Part shown: one piece after another, positions 20,875 to 29,286 of the stretch
Numbering within the stretch: the stretch's first letter is position 1
Layout: every line of letters starts with the position of its first letter
IMG/VR virus record: IMGVR_UViG_3300021957_000009
Location: 1-64,000 of that record
Direction: 5' to 3' (one strand)
Origin: a virus
DNA length: 64,000 nucleotides
Notes under the pieces: generated by a model
What the model was told of the DNA's origin: nothing
The model's input: the letters and a program-made list of their open reading frames with translations, nothing else
The model's database searches: none
Translations under genes and position numbers: made by a program

Positions 20875-21582
20875 ATGGCTTTACCACAGCTAAATAATGC
20901 AAGATATGAGGTAACAATACCTTCAACAGGTCAAACGGTAACGTATAGACCATATCTAGTGAAAGAAGAAAAGATTTTAATGATGGCGATGGAGTCTAAT
21001 GATAGTAAAATGATCATGAAAGCTACAGGCGATGTTATTAAAGCATGTGTATATGAAGATATAGACGTAGATAAATTGGCGATGTTTGATGTTGAAACGT
21101 TGTTTTTAACACTAAGATCTAAATCAGTAGGCGAAAGCATTGATTTAAACATTAAATGTGATAAATGCGATTCAAGAAATGATGTACAAATAAGCTTTGA
21201 TGATATAAAACAACCAGTCGTTAATGATGAAAAACGTGTAATAATGGTAACTGACGATGTTGGAATCACCTTAAGATATCCATCATTTAAAGATGTTAGT
21301 TTAATTAAACCTGGCGATGATGAGTCAATTGAAGGTGCTATGAATTTAGTAGTGCAATGTATAGATAATATCTTTGATGACGATGGTGTATATGATGCAA
21401 AGAATGAAACAAAGAAAAGCTTAACTGATTTTGTAGAGTCTTTAAATAACGAACAGTTCATTAGGCTATCAGACTTCTTTCAGAGTTCTCCGTCATTATC
21501 ATACGATATGGAATTTAATTGTGTATCATGTAAAGAGCCGAATGTGCAGGAGCTTAGAGGTCTTCAAAGTTTTTTTACGTAG
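20875..21582 (+). CDS. gp26: Baseplate hub assembly protein gp26
   Basis: MALP.L....Y...IPSTG..V.YRPYLVKEEKIL; LRSKSVGE; two CxxC pairs; ends L.GLQSFF; AGGAG RBS. Confidence 0.88.
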   Translation: MALPQLNNARYEVTIPSTGQTVTYRPYLVKEEKILMMAMESNDSKMIMKATGDVIKACVYEDIDVDKLAMFDVETLFLTLRSKSVGESIDLNIKCDKCDSRNDVQISFDDIKQPVVNDEKRVIMVTDDVGITLRYPSFKDVSLIKPGDDESIEGAMNLVVQCIDNIFDDDGVYDAKNETKKSLTDFVESLNNEQFIRLSDFFQSSPSLSYDMEFNCVSCKEPNVQELRGLQSFFT

Positions 21583-21767
21583 GCCTCTCTCATGATAGCT
21601 TAGTTAATCACTATAAGACTAACTTTGCGATGATACAGCACCATAACTGGAGCTTAACAGAATTAGATCAGATGATGCCTTGGGAACGTGAGATATATGT
21701 TACTCTATTAGGCGAATGGATTAAAGAAGAAAATGAACGAATTAAGAAGGATCAAAGGAGACAATAA
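21570..21767 (+). CDS. gp51: gp51-like hub assembly protein in the -1 frame of gp26 (probable frameshift extension)
   Basis: Not in the ORF track. The -1 frame reads FFYVGLSHDSLVNHYKTNFAMIQHHNWSLTELDQMMPWEREIYVTLLGEWIKEENERIKKDQRRQ*. Its first in-frame ATG (21630) falls inside the conserved region. Confidence 0.75.
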   Translation, partial: FFYVGLSHDSLVNHYKTNFAMIQHHNWSLTELDQMMPWEREIYVTLLGEWIKEENERIKKDQRRQ

Positions 21768-22087
21768 TGTCTGAAGAAATTAAAAAGCTAGATCATCCCG
21801 CTGATACCAACGGTGATGGCAAAGTATCTGACGAAGAACATGATATGTATCTTGATGCAAAGCGTAAAGAGCTTGAAGATGCAGATGCAATGCGCGATGC
21901 TCAAAGAAATATGACATGGTTTGCATTGTTTGGATTAATACTATACCCATTTGCGGTAGTTGTAGCATCGCTTGTAGGGCTTGATGAAGCGGCCAAGACT
22001 TTAGGGTCCATGGCACCTACATATTTTGTTGCAGTTGCTGGTATTGTTGCAGCGTTCTTTGGCACTCAGGCAATGGGTAAAAAATAA
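21767..22087 (+). CDS. Small membrane protein with an EF-hand-like loop and two TM helices
   Basis: DTNGDGKVSDEE loop; two hydrophobic segments; AGGAG RBS. Confidence 0.7.
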   Translation: MSEEIKKLDHPADTNGDGKVSDEEHDMYLDAKRKELEDADAMRDAQRNMTWFALFGLILYPFAVVVASLVGLDEAAKTLGSMAPTYFVAVAGIVAAFFGTQAMGKK

Positions 22088-22096
22088 GGATAAGAC

Positions 22097-23884
22097 ATGG
22101 CAGAAGATAGCGGATTGACCCCAAATAGTTCTAATACACAAGAAAGAACACTCCTTGATGTTGTAAACGAGTTAAAAGAGCTTAACCAAGCTACGCAAGT
22201 CGCTCAAGACTCTGCAACATATACACAAGATCTAAGAGATTATGTCACAAGTCAAGGTGACAACCTATCTTCACGTCAATTAATGGCCATTAATGATCTC
22301 ATCTCTGCTATTAGTGATGGTGAATTAGATCAAATGGAAGCTGATAAAGAACGTATCAGAAGAAACGAAGATCGTAATGATCTATTAGAAAAGATTGCTA
22401 ATTCTACAAGTCTTAGTCTGGCTCAGTTGCAAGAAGAGTTTGGCGGTAAAGACCGTGGGTTTATTATGGGAGCTATTATTAATACGGCGATACGTGGTCT
22501 TCTCATTGGATTCTTTGCATCAGCATTCTTAGAACCATTTAAACTTATAGGGAAAGGTTTATCAGCAATTGGTACTAAAATTGGAAAGTTATTAGGTTTT
22601 ACGGGGTTCTTTAAAGGTTTAAAAGTAAGTATTCAAACTAATGTTACTAATGGATTTAAAGCATTTATGAATATATTTAAGTCAAAGGGAAATAAACCTC
22701 CTGGATTCTTAGCTAAAACTGCAATGGAACTCAAGAAAGTTTTAGTCGATACATTTAAAATTCTAACCACTGTAATTGGTAATGTTACTAAAGTGGGTGG
22801 AGCAGTTGCAGGTTTTCTTTCTGGAAGGTTTAAAGCATTAGAATCTTTGACTAAACTTAAGTTTAATTTTCCAGTAACCTCTAAATTAATGTCAGGTATT
22901 TCGAAAGGTCTTAATGCGTTTTTTAAACCATTAAATGGACTTAGGAAGTTGTTTAGTGGTCAAGCAAATGTTGTTGTTAAATCTATTGATCGCGCTGGTA
23001 AAGCTTTAGGATCTTCAAGTAAAGTTGTTGGTAGTTTAGGAACTTCAATAGTAAAATTCTTCGGTGCTTTAAAGCCAATAAAAACAGTATTTGGATTCTT
23101 ATCTAAACTTGGTAACGCGTTTAAAGGTGTAGGTAGAGTTCTTGGTAGATTCTTTGGAGTATTTAACTTTATATTTGGATTCTTTAAAGGATTTAAAAAA
23201 TATGAAGATGGGAGTTTTTTAACTAAAGTTTTTGCAGGTATTATGGGTGGCTTTAAACAAATGTTACTCATGGGTCCAGTATTTCTTCTTGATGGAATTA
23301 AATGGGTGTTAACTAAAATAACAGGAGCTCTTGGATTCGAAGGCCTTACTGATTTTTTAGAGAGTTTCTCATTCGCCGAGATTGTAGGTGGAGCATTTGA
23401 TTTTGTCACTGATACTATTATAAACTTCTTTGCACTTATAAGAGATACTATTGCTGATATAGGTATTGGTGGAATTGTAAAGAATATTGGTATTAATCTA
23501 TTAAAAGTATTTAAAAAGATTGCAATGTTTCCATCAGCCGTTGCTGCTGGTGGATTCGCTGCTCTTTCTGCTGCATTACCGGGTGGCGAAACACCAATGG
23601 AAGGATTTAAAAGAGGATTTAATGCAGTCTTTACAGCTGGAGATGCTGCTTTAGATAATCTTAAAGTAAAAGCTGATGGTATGACAGCATCTGGCGAAGA
23701 AATCAAATCAAAATCAGAAGAGAATGCAGCGGGACAAGCATCGCTCTCCTCAAAAGTTGCTGACGCAGGTGGTAACCTTGTCGATGCATCTAAAAATGCT
23801 GTTACTAACGTTGGTGAGACTATTATTAACACAGTAATGCCTCAAGACCGTACATCAGCTACGGTCGAAGGTCCATACGCATAA
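22097..23884 (+). CDS. Putative tape measure protein (gp29-like)
   Basis: 595 aa; helical N-terminus and long amphipathic G/F/K/L-rich central region; follows gp26/gp51; length close to T4 gp29. Confidence 0.6.
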   Translation: MAEDSGLTPNSSNTQERTLLDVVNELKELNQATQVAQDSATYTQDLRDYVTSQGDNLSSRQLMAINDLISAISDGELDQMEADKERIRRNEDRNDLLEKIANSTSLSLAQLQEEFGGKDRGFIMGAIINTAIRGLLIGFFASAFLEPFKLIGKGLSAIGTKIGKLLGFTGFFKGLKVSIQTNVTNGFKAFMNIFKSKGNKPPGFLAKTAMELKKVLVDTFKILTTVIGNVTKVGGAVAGFLSGRFKALESLTKLKFNFPVTSKLMSGISKGLNAFFKPLNGLRKLFSGQANVVVKSIDRAGKALGSSSKVVGSLGTSIVKFFGALKPIKTVFGFLSKLGNAFKGVGRVLGRFFGVFNFIFGFFKGFKKYEDGSFLTKVFAGIMGGFKQMLLMGPVFLLDGIKWVLTKITGALGFEGLTDFLESFSFAEIVGGAFDFVTDTIINFFALIRDTIADIGIGGIVKNIGINLLKVFKKIAMFPSAVAAGGFAALSAALPGGETPMEGFKRGFNAVFTAGDAALDNLKVKADGMTASGEEIKSKSEENAAGQASLSSKVADAGGNLVDASKNAVTNVGETIINTVMPQDRTSATVEGPYA

Positions 23885-23908
23885 AAAAAGGGACCCGAAG
23901 GTCCCTTT
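23883..23908 (-). terminator. Rho-independent terminator with a UUCG loop (probably bidirectional)
   Basis: Minus strand reads AAAGGGACC-TTCG-GGTCCCTTT-TTTT, between convergent genes. Confidence 0.88.
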
Positions 23909-23909
23909 G

Positions 23910-24005
23910 AGTGCCACACACTTTATCAGATATGCTCCAGACTGAACTGGGGTGGCCTTGTAAGCGGTATGGTATCAAAGCTTCCCGCTAAGCCCATACT
24001 CTTAT
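23910..24005 (-). ncRNA. Candidate structured RNA in the gp32 3' region
   Basis: GC-rich island with complementary segments GTATGG/CCATAC, AGCGG/CCGCT, GCCAC/GTGGC and CCAG/CTGG; family not recognised. Confidence 0.3.
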
Positions 24006-24014
24006 TATTACATA

Positions 24015-24920
24015 TTAGCCCTGTTGAGCTAGCTTATCGAAGTAAGACAATGTGTCTTCTTCACCCTCATCGCTAGTGTCAAACGGAGCACTATCAGCCG
24101 CAGGCATTGATACAGCTTCTACTACAGGAGCAGATTGCATCATTGGAGCGGTATCGAGTGACGCATGTCCTGCATCAACACCTAGTACTTTATTCAACTT
24201 AGCTTTGAGTTCGTCGTACGACTTATAGTTTTTAGGATCAGTGAAGTCTGCTAGAGAATATAGCTTATTGTATACCTCTTCTAGTTGACCTTCATCACCG
24301 TTATACAGTGCCGCTGCTGTAGCAAACTCTGACTTATCATAGTTTACCCAACCTTCAACCTTTCGAATCTTAAGTTTAAAGTCAGCACCTTCCCAAAAAT
24401 CATAAGGATTTACTGGTTGTTCATCTGCAAATTGTGGTTGCATTACATCCATGATTTTATCAAAGATCTTTTTACCAAATTTGTAAAGGAATACCTTTCC
24501 TTCGTTTTGTGGGTTAGCAGGGTCAGATACGACCAAGATGTTTGACGCATAGTGCAAACGTCTCTTTCTATCCCTTGCTGTTGCTTTATCCTCATCACGA
24601 CCAGAGTTCCATAACACAGAGTTCATCTCTGATACTGGATCATCTTGACCGATAGTAGTTAAGCTATTTTCGATATACCATAGACCAGTAGGACCTTTAA
24701 AACCATGATCCCAATACCTTACCCAAGGAAGATCTTCACCTTCTTTAGCTGGTAGGAATCTGATTACGGCATAACCGTTTCCTGCTTTATCTCTGGTTGG
24801 TTTCCAAAACCTATCATCGTCATATGACTTTGTTTCGGCTTTAGTAGACACAGCTTCCGCTGCTTGTACGAGTTTGTCGATTGACGAGCCTCGTGAGCTC
24901 TTTAGATTTGCAAATGACAT
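24015..24920 (-). CDS. gp32: Single-stranded DNA-binding protein gp32
   Basis: DDRFWKP..DK.GNGYAVIRFLPA; WYIENSLTT; GKVFLYKFGKKIFDKI; DFWEGA.FKLKIR; acidic tail ending LSYF.KLA. Confidence 0.95.
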   Translation of the reverse strand: MSFANLKSSRGSSIDKLVQAAEAVSTKAETKSYDDDRFWKPTRDKAGNGYAVIRFLPAKEGEDLPWVRYWDHGFKGPTGLWYIENSLTTIGQDDPVSEMNSVLWNSGRDEDKATARDRKRRLHYASNILVVSDPANPQNEGKVFLYKFGKKIFDKIMDVMQPQFADEQPVNPYDFWEGADFKLKIRKVEGWVNYDKSEFATAAALYNGDEGQLEEVYNKLYSLADFTDPKNYKSYDELKAKLNKVLGVDAGHASLDTAPMMQSAPVVEAVSMPAADSAPFDTSDEGEEDTLSYFDKLAQQG

Positions 24921-25005
24921 ATATTTTCTCCGTATTGCATTGTATTAAGACGTAATTGTCTTTTCTATTTTTATTGCTGAAATATCCACTTCATACATAA
25001 TGTAT

Positions 25006-25035
25006 ATTATAACACATTTGTGTTACTTTGTAAAC
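25006..25035 (-). promoter_or_regulatory. Early-type sigma70 promoter GTTTACA-N17-TATAAT for gp32
   Basis: -35 at 25029-25035, -10 at 25006-25011, 17-bp spacer, extended TG. Confidence 0.75.
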
Positions 25036-25613
25036 CCTTTTGTCAATAAACTTAAACATTTATCTCGATTAAAGTTTACAAATGGTTCATATTTCTCGAT
25101 CAATCTACGAGTATCAGGCCATACAATGGTATCCGATATGTTCTTAGACTCACGATCAATGAACTTAAATATGGCGTTAAGAATAACAACAGTCTCTAAA
25201 CTAATCTCTTCTTGCAGCCATAACTTTACCACAAGAGGATGTGCATTGTCACCTGTCTTAAACAAGTAATCAAATGACACATTCTCTTCTGTTAATCTAT
25301 TTATATCAATAGAAAACACACGATGAATACTTTCTTGAATTCGTTTGTGCTCTCTATAGTTTTGTTCTCCCTCTTCATCCATCATATCACCAATGTAACT
25401 TTTACCAGCTTTAAAGTTGGCGACATAATAGTCCTTTAGTTCTCCATTGTGCTTACGTCCAAGCTTTGCAAAAAAGTACTTATCCTTGCGTTTAAAGAAA
25501 GAGTTAGGTGTTACGTTAGACTTAAAATTATATTTAACTGCATCATAGCTAGACTCAAAGTGTAGCTTTAATGCATTATATAGCTTGTAAGATTCAAATG
25601 GATCTGTACTCAT
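25023..25613 (-). CDS. gp59: Helicase loader gp59-like
   Basis: Y..Y.ALK.HF...YD..KY; F.KRKDKYFF.KL; ISLET.VIL; lies between gp33 and gp32. Confidence 0.8.
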   Translation of the reverse strand: MSTDPFESYKLYNALKLHFESSYDAVKYNFKSNVTPNSFFKRKDKYFFAKLGRKHNGELKDYYVANFKAGKSYIGDMMDEEGEQNYREHKRIQESIHRVFSIDINRLTEENVSFDYLFKTGDNAHPLVVKLWLQEEISLETVVILNAIFKFIDRESKNISDTIVWPDTRRLIEKYEPFVNFNRDKCLSLLTKGFTK

Positions 25614-25849
25614 ATTGGTAGCTTATTACCCTTTTTGCCTCTGATTAAATTAAGTCTCATTGCTTCTGCTTCCATCTTATCTTTAAGAGAATCTGTTAGT
25701 AACTTTTTTAAGTTAGTATAATCCATACCTCTCTTTTCTATAATAAATGTAGCTGCGTCTATATAAGACATATTTCCCTTTGCCACTAATTGTTCTACGG
25801 CCGTGGAGAACCGTTTCCTTGTCATAATTTTTTGTTCTAAATCAATCAT
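25610..25849 (-). CDS. gp33: Late transcription coactivator gp33
   Basis: FS..VE..V....MSYIDA; LK.K.EAEA..LNL; ends KLPI. Confidence 0.85.
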   Translation of the reverse strand: MIDLEQKIMTRKRFSTAVEQLVAKGNMSYIDAATFIIEKRGMDYTNLKKLLTDSLKDKMEAEAMRLNLIRGKKGNKLPI

Positions 25850-26997
25850 AATACCCTAAGTAGTATGCAATCGGCATTAATTCTACCATTAGGAACACTT
25901 ACTTTCGTCGTTAGCGTATCCCACACTTGTTTGTCGATTTGCTTTATTGTTTTACTTAAGATCAATGGCAGTATATCGTCTGGCTTTCTTAAAGTAGTTG
26001 TCCTACTTTTATCGCACACATTCTTTATGGTAGTACCACTTACCTCAAACCCTTTAGTTGAATTTGAGTTATACTGAGTTAGCTTTCTAGTCTTAGTATT
26101 ATAAACAAATAGAACTTCTTTACCAGGAATCATAACAGGATTAATTGACATTAATTTAGCATCGATATCTTCAACCTTATACTTAATATTCTTAACCTGT
26201 ACATCAGAAGCTTTAGGCTTCTTTATCCTTGGAATTCTTGCTGCTTTATTAGCAACCTTTAATTTATCTAAATCTTCGAAGATGGTCTCCATAGTGGTTA
26301 TCATCTTATTTTGATTAGTTCTTTTAATATGAGAGAATGCTTCTACAGCTTGATCACACGTTTTGTCGTATGCATCTTTAACTGGTTGATACTCTTGTTC
26401 AACCATTGACTTAAACATATTAAGTGCTGAACCTTTTAAACCATATTGCTTAAATAGCTTATAGGCATCAAAGTTTACTTTAAAGTTTCCTTCTAACCAT
26501 CCATCAACAACTGCATCCCAATCATCCATAATAGTCTCAAGGATTTTTGCCTTTTGTCTTTGTTGTATTGTAACAACAGGTTTTGCAGCAGCTTTATCTT
26601 CGATCTCTTCAACGGTAACTAACGCTAATTCGTATAGCTCTTTGAATTTTTCTTCTGCTCCTGCTAACTCTTCTTCATTATATTCATAACCTCTATAATG
26701 AATCTTAGTTAACTTACCTAAGTAACCAAACTCATAGTCTTTTAACTTTTTAAAAGCTTTTATCTGATCTTTAGTGTATCCAAATTTTTCTTCTGCAAAC
26801 TGCAATATTGTAGGTACATAGTCTTTGGTCTTATAAAAATAATTATACCAGTGTGCTGCCTTCTGCCATTTAGTAAGACGACCTTCTACGCCTTCGGCAG
26901 TTTCACCTGGTTGAAAGATTGGCTCAGGTCCCATATACTTATCGTCAATGGTTACCCTGTTCTTTCTCATATTAGTTCTTACTTTATTTTCCGCCAT
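25846..26997 (-). CDS. Conserved T4-like phage hypothetical protein
   Basis: 383 aa; SI.P..I.G...L.VYNTK.RKL, GF.VSGTTI, TLRKP, NGRIN motifs; usual position upstream of gp33. Confidence 0.75.
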   Translation of the reverse strand: MAENKVRTNMRKNRVTIDDKYMGPEPIFQPGETAEGVEGRLTKWQKAAHWYNYFYKTKDYVPTILQFAEEKFGYTKDQIKAFKKLKDYEFGYLGKLTKIHYRGYEYNEEELAGAEEKFKELYELALVTVEEIEDKAAAKPVVTIQQRQKAKILETIMDDWDAVVDGWLEGNFKVNFDAYKLFKQYGLKGSALNMFKSMVEQEYQPVKDAYDKTCDQAVEAFSHIKRTNQNKMITTMETIFEDLDKLKVANKAARIPRIKKPKASDVQVKNIKYKVEDIDAKLMSINPVMIPGKEVLFVYNTKTRKLTQYNSNSTKGFEVSGTTIKNVCDKSRTTTLRKPDDILPLILSKTIKQIDKQVWDTLTTKVSVPNGRINADCILLRVL

Positions 26998-27026
26998 AGT
27001 TTGCTCCTTTCATAATATTAGAATAC

Positions 27027-27055
27027 ATTATAACACAGTCTTGCGCAAATGTACA
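27027..27055 (-). promoter_or_regulatory. Early-type promoter TGTACA-N17-TATAAT
   Basis: -35 at 27050-27055, -10 at 27027-27032, upstream of the 26997 start. Confidence 0.75.
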
Positions 27056-27057
27056 TA

Positions 27058-27110
27058 GGCAGGACACACTTTTTTCAAATGATAAGGAGTAGATTAAAGT
27101 GTGCCCTGCC
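27058..27110 (-). ncRNA. 15-bp hairpin with an anti-Shine-Dalgarno-like loop (candidate regulatory RNA)
   Basis: Arms at 27058-27072 and 27096-27110 pair fully on the minus strand (one G-U). The loop is AAUCUACUCCUUAUCAUUUGAAA and no U-tract follows. Confidence 0.45.
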
Positions 27111-27116
27111 ATAAAC

Positions 27117-27344
27117 TTATACCCTCTCGTAATTCTTGATGCCGCTAACATAATTCTCTGCAGCATTTTCTGCATACATTTCGTTATGAGCTTTATACCA
27201 TTCAATACCTAATGACTCTCCATCGATATACATACGTATACCGTAGTATGGATGATCTCCAAATGATCTTAATACTTCAGCTTTACGATTCTTAAATTCG
27301 CTAGAACCACTGTACTCACTGAGTAGCATATACTTACTTGACAT
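27117..27344 (-). CDS. Hypothetical early protein
   Basis: 75 aa; ends YAENAAENYV.G, a motif seen in small T4-like phage proteins. Confidence 0.7.
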   Translation of the reverse strand: MSSKYMLLSEYSGSSEFKNRKAEVLRSFGDHPYYGIRMYIDGESLGIEWYKAHNEMYAENAAENYVSGIKNYERV

Positions 27345-27546
27345 CGCCGTTTCCCCACATTTCTTTTAGTTTTACGTATGTTAATACGCGGATTTGTTCA
27401 CGATCTAGATCCGGATGTTTTTCTCGCAACTCTTTACGAACTTTATGTTTTACTTCGGAATCACGTATCATGAGATACGCACCTCCACATGTAAACGCGA
27501 AGAATACTAATCCGACTAGTGTGAATATTGTTGATAAAATTTCCAT
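27334..27546 (-). CDS. Hypothetical membrane protein
   Basis: 70 aa; N-terminal TM; AGGA RBS. Confidence 0.65.
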   Translation of the reverse strand: MEILSTIFTLVGLVFFAFTCGGAYLMIRDSEVKHKVRKELREKHPDLDREQIRVLTYVKLKEMWGNGDVK

Positions 27547-27547
27547 A

Positions 27548-27853
27548 TTATTTTCCTATATGTTCCACGTCTTTTCGTGGAATAACTTGATATGCACCTT
27601 TATTATATGCTGGTGCGACTGTGAAATTCTTGGATTCTTCTGCTTTCCAAGAGGTGTCTTCAGGAGTCTCGTACCGAGAACTTCCTGTATAAGATGGATA
27701 TTTGTTGTTAAACTCTTCCATCCTTATTTCTGCAAAAGACTTTTCCGTCTTAAGCGGTTTGAATTCTTGTTTGACCTTACGCTTTGGCGCAAGTGCTTTT
27801 GTTTTTCTTTTACGACCGTGTTGATCGTACCTTATTGAGCCTATGTAGTTCAT
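27548..27853 (-). CDS. Conserved hypothetical protein
   Basis: 101 aa; C-terminal TVAPAYNKGAYQVI motif common in T4-like phages. Confidence 0.75.
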   Translation of the reverse strand: MNYIGSIRYDQHGRKRKTKALAPKRKVKQEFKPLKTEKSFAEIRMEEFNNKYPSYTGSSRYETPEDTSWKAEESKNFTVAPAYNKGAYQVIPRKDVEHIGK

Positions 27854-28068
27854 ATGGTATTAGGAGCCTCAAGTAATAACTGACTAAGTGTTTTTTCTTC
27901 TGATACAATCACAAATGTGCCATCACGAAATTCACGCGTAACTAATCCAGAGTTATATGCTTTTTCTATATATCCCTTTTGTCCTAGAATATACTCAATT
28001 TGACCTGCCCATGACTCTACAGCCATTTTCCGCCTTTGATATTCTACCGCATCAGTGTATTGTGTCAT
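27850..28068 (-). CDS. Hypothetical protein
   Basis: 72 aa; AAGGAG RBS; stop overlaps the next start. Confidence 0.65.
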   Translation of the reverse strand: MTQYTDAVEYQRRKMAVESWAGQIEYILGQKGYIEKAYNSGLVTREFRDGTFVIVSEEKTLSQLLLEAPNTI

Positions 28069-28210
28069 ATGAACTCCTTCCTAATTCCGCTATTCTTATT
28101 AGCTCTCTTAACTTTTGATCCCATAGTTTCTTAAACTCAGGATTTTGCGCTCTATCACGAGCTTCTCTGAGAGCTATAACTCTTGCTATTGTTCTACTAG
28201 TCCCAGTCAT
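28052..28210 (-). CDS. Small hypothetical protein (52 aa)
   Basis: Read manually: MTGTSRTIARVIALREARDRAQNPEFKKLWDQKLRELIRIAE...; fills the gap between neighbours. Confidence 0.55.
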   Translation of the reverse strand: MTGTSRTIARVIALREARDRAQNPEFKKLWDQKLRELIRIAELGRSSYDTIH

Positions 28211-28466
28211 TCTTCATTTCATTGTATACATCCATATACGAAGATCCTGCAATATAGTCTTGGGTCTCCTTATCAGTGTAATACATGTTTTCTTCTTTAA
28301 AGCATTCCAGCGAACCTGGAGATTGACGTGCTGCTTTCTTCATTGAAGTAGTCAGCCTTGGAGCTTTATACTTTGGTTTAGAGTAAACTTTGTTTACTGC
28401 TGTTTTAAATTCTTTTGCTACGCGAGCCTTTTCTGCGGCCGCTTTAATCATTGCTAGTCTATCCAT
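28197..28466 (-). CDS. Hypothetical early protein
   Basis: 89 aa; AAGGA RBS; first gene after the promoter at 28493-28521. Confidence 0.7.
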   Translation of the reverse strand: MDRLAMIKAAAEKARVAKEFKTAVNKVYSKPKYKAPRLTTSMKKAARQSPGSLECFKEENMYYTDKETQDYIAGSSYMDVYNEMKNDWD

Positions 28467-28492
28467 AATCTATTCCTTTTAAATATTAGTAT

Positions 28493-28521
28493 ATTATATC
28501 ACAGTGTACAGTGAATGTACA
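28493..28521 (-). promoter_or_regulatory. Early-type promoter TGTACA-N17-TATAAT
   Basis: -35 at 28516-28521, -10 at 28493-28498. Confidence 0.75.
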
Positions 28522-28529
28522 CAGTTATT

Positions 28530-28748
28530 TTAATTAATTTCTTCTACAGTAATCCTGTATTTTTTGCCATTGATGTCTGAACATTCAATAGTCTTTTTTG
28601 TTGTTTGCATCCAACCTTCTTTATGAAGGTCCATCTTGACTCGATCAACACTATCAATCAAACCATTAGAGTTATCAGAATCTACCTGAAGTCCAGGTTT
28701 AATAATAGTGTGTGCAATGTAGTCACAATATGCCATAGTAAAAGCCAT
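28530..28748 (-). CDS. Hypothetical protein
   Basis: 72 aa; ends D.NGKKYRITVEE. Confidence 0.65.
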   Translation of the reverse strand: MAFTMAYCDYIAHTIIKPGLQVDSDNSNGLIDSVDRVKMDLHKEGWMQTTKKTIECSDINGKKYRITVEEIN

Positions 28749-29062
28749 TACGCCAAGTCCTCGTCTTCGTACTCGTTAGCATCAAAGTCCGCTGGATGGT
28801 CGAAACTTTCATCCATGACATAACCCATGGATTCCTCCATATCTGCCTGTTCGGCAGCATTTTGTGGTGGGAACAGACTAGCCCAATCTGCCGGCGTATA
28901 GCCGGAGATTAAGAACTCCCTCTGATCCACGGTCGCTTCAGGCATTGCATCCTGAATAAGAGCACCGCCTGCTTGCCACAGAGCAAATTGCTCTGGAGTA
29001 GCATTGACGCTCATGATGTTTTTTACACCAGTCATCGGACTTGTTTTTTCACATAAAATCAT
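28748..29062 (-). CDS. Conserved hypothetical phage protein
   Basis: W..G.LIQDAMP....DQREFLISG.TP..W motif; acidic tail. Confidence 0.7.
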   Translation of the reverse strand: MILCEKTSPMTGVKNIMSVNATPEQFALWQAGGALIQDAMPEATVDQREFLISGYTPADWASLFPPQNAAEQADMEESMGYVMDESFDHPADFDANEYEDEDLA

Positions 29063-29063
29063 A

Positions 29064-29285
29064 TTATTTCACCCATACTTTGTTATACTTTGACGGAAGA
29101 TTCTCACATGAGAACTCGTCGTTCTTTGCGTAATTTACTACGCCAACACACTCATTGGTAGTGTTAGACCAATATACGTCTGGAAGATCCAGAGCGGTTT
29201 CTAAGGCGCTTACGCTAAACCCTAGTACCATACCAGCTGCTGAACCTAGTACAACAGCTTTAATTTTGTCTTTATTAGTCAACAT
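29064..29285 (-). CDS. Hypothetical membrane-anchored protein
   Basis: N-terminal TM; PDVYWS...ECV.V and SCENLP.KY..VWV. Confidence 0.7.
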   Translation of the reverse strand: MLTNKDKIKAVVLGSAAGMVLGFSVSALETALDLPDVYWSNTTNECVGVVNYAKNDEFSCENLPSKYNKVWVK

Positions 29286-29286
29286 A

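Noticed and set aside
23910-24005. tRNA or hammerhead ribozyme
   Set aside because: There is no T-loop/cloverleaf; CTGATAA departs from the CUGANGA core and there is no matching GAAA. Kept only as an unknown structured element.
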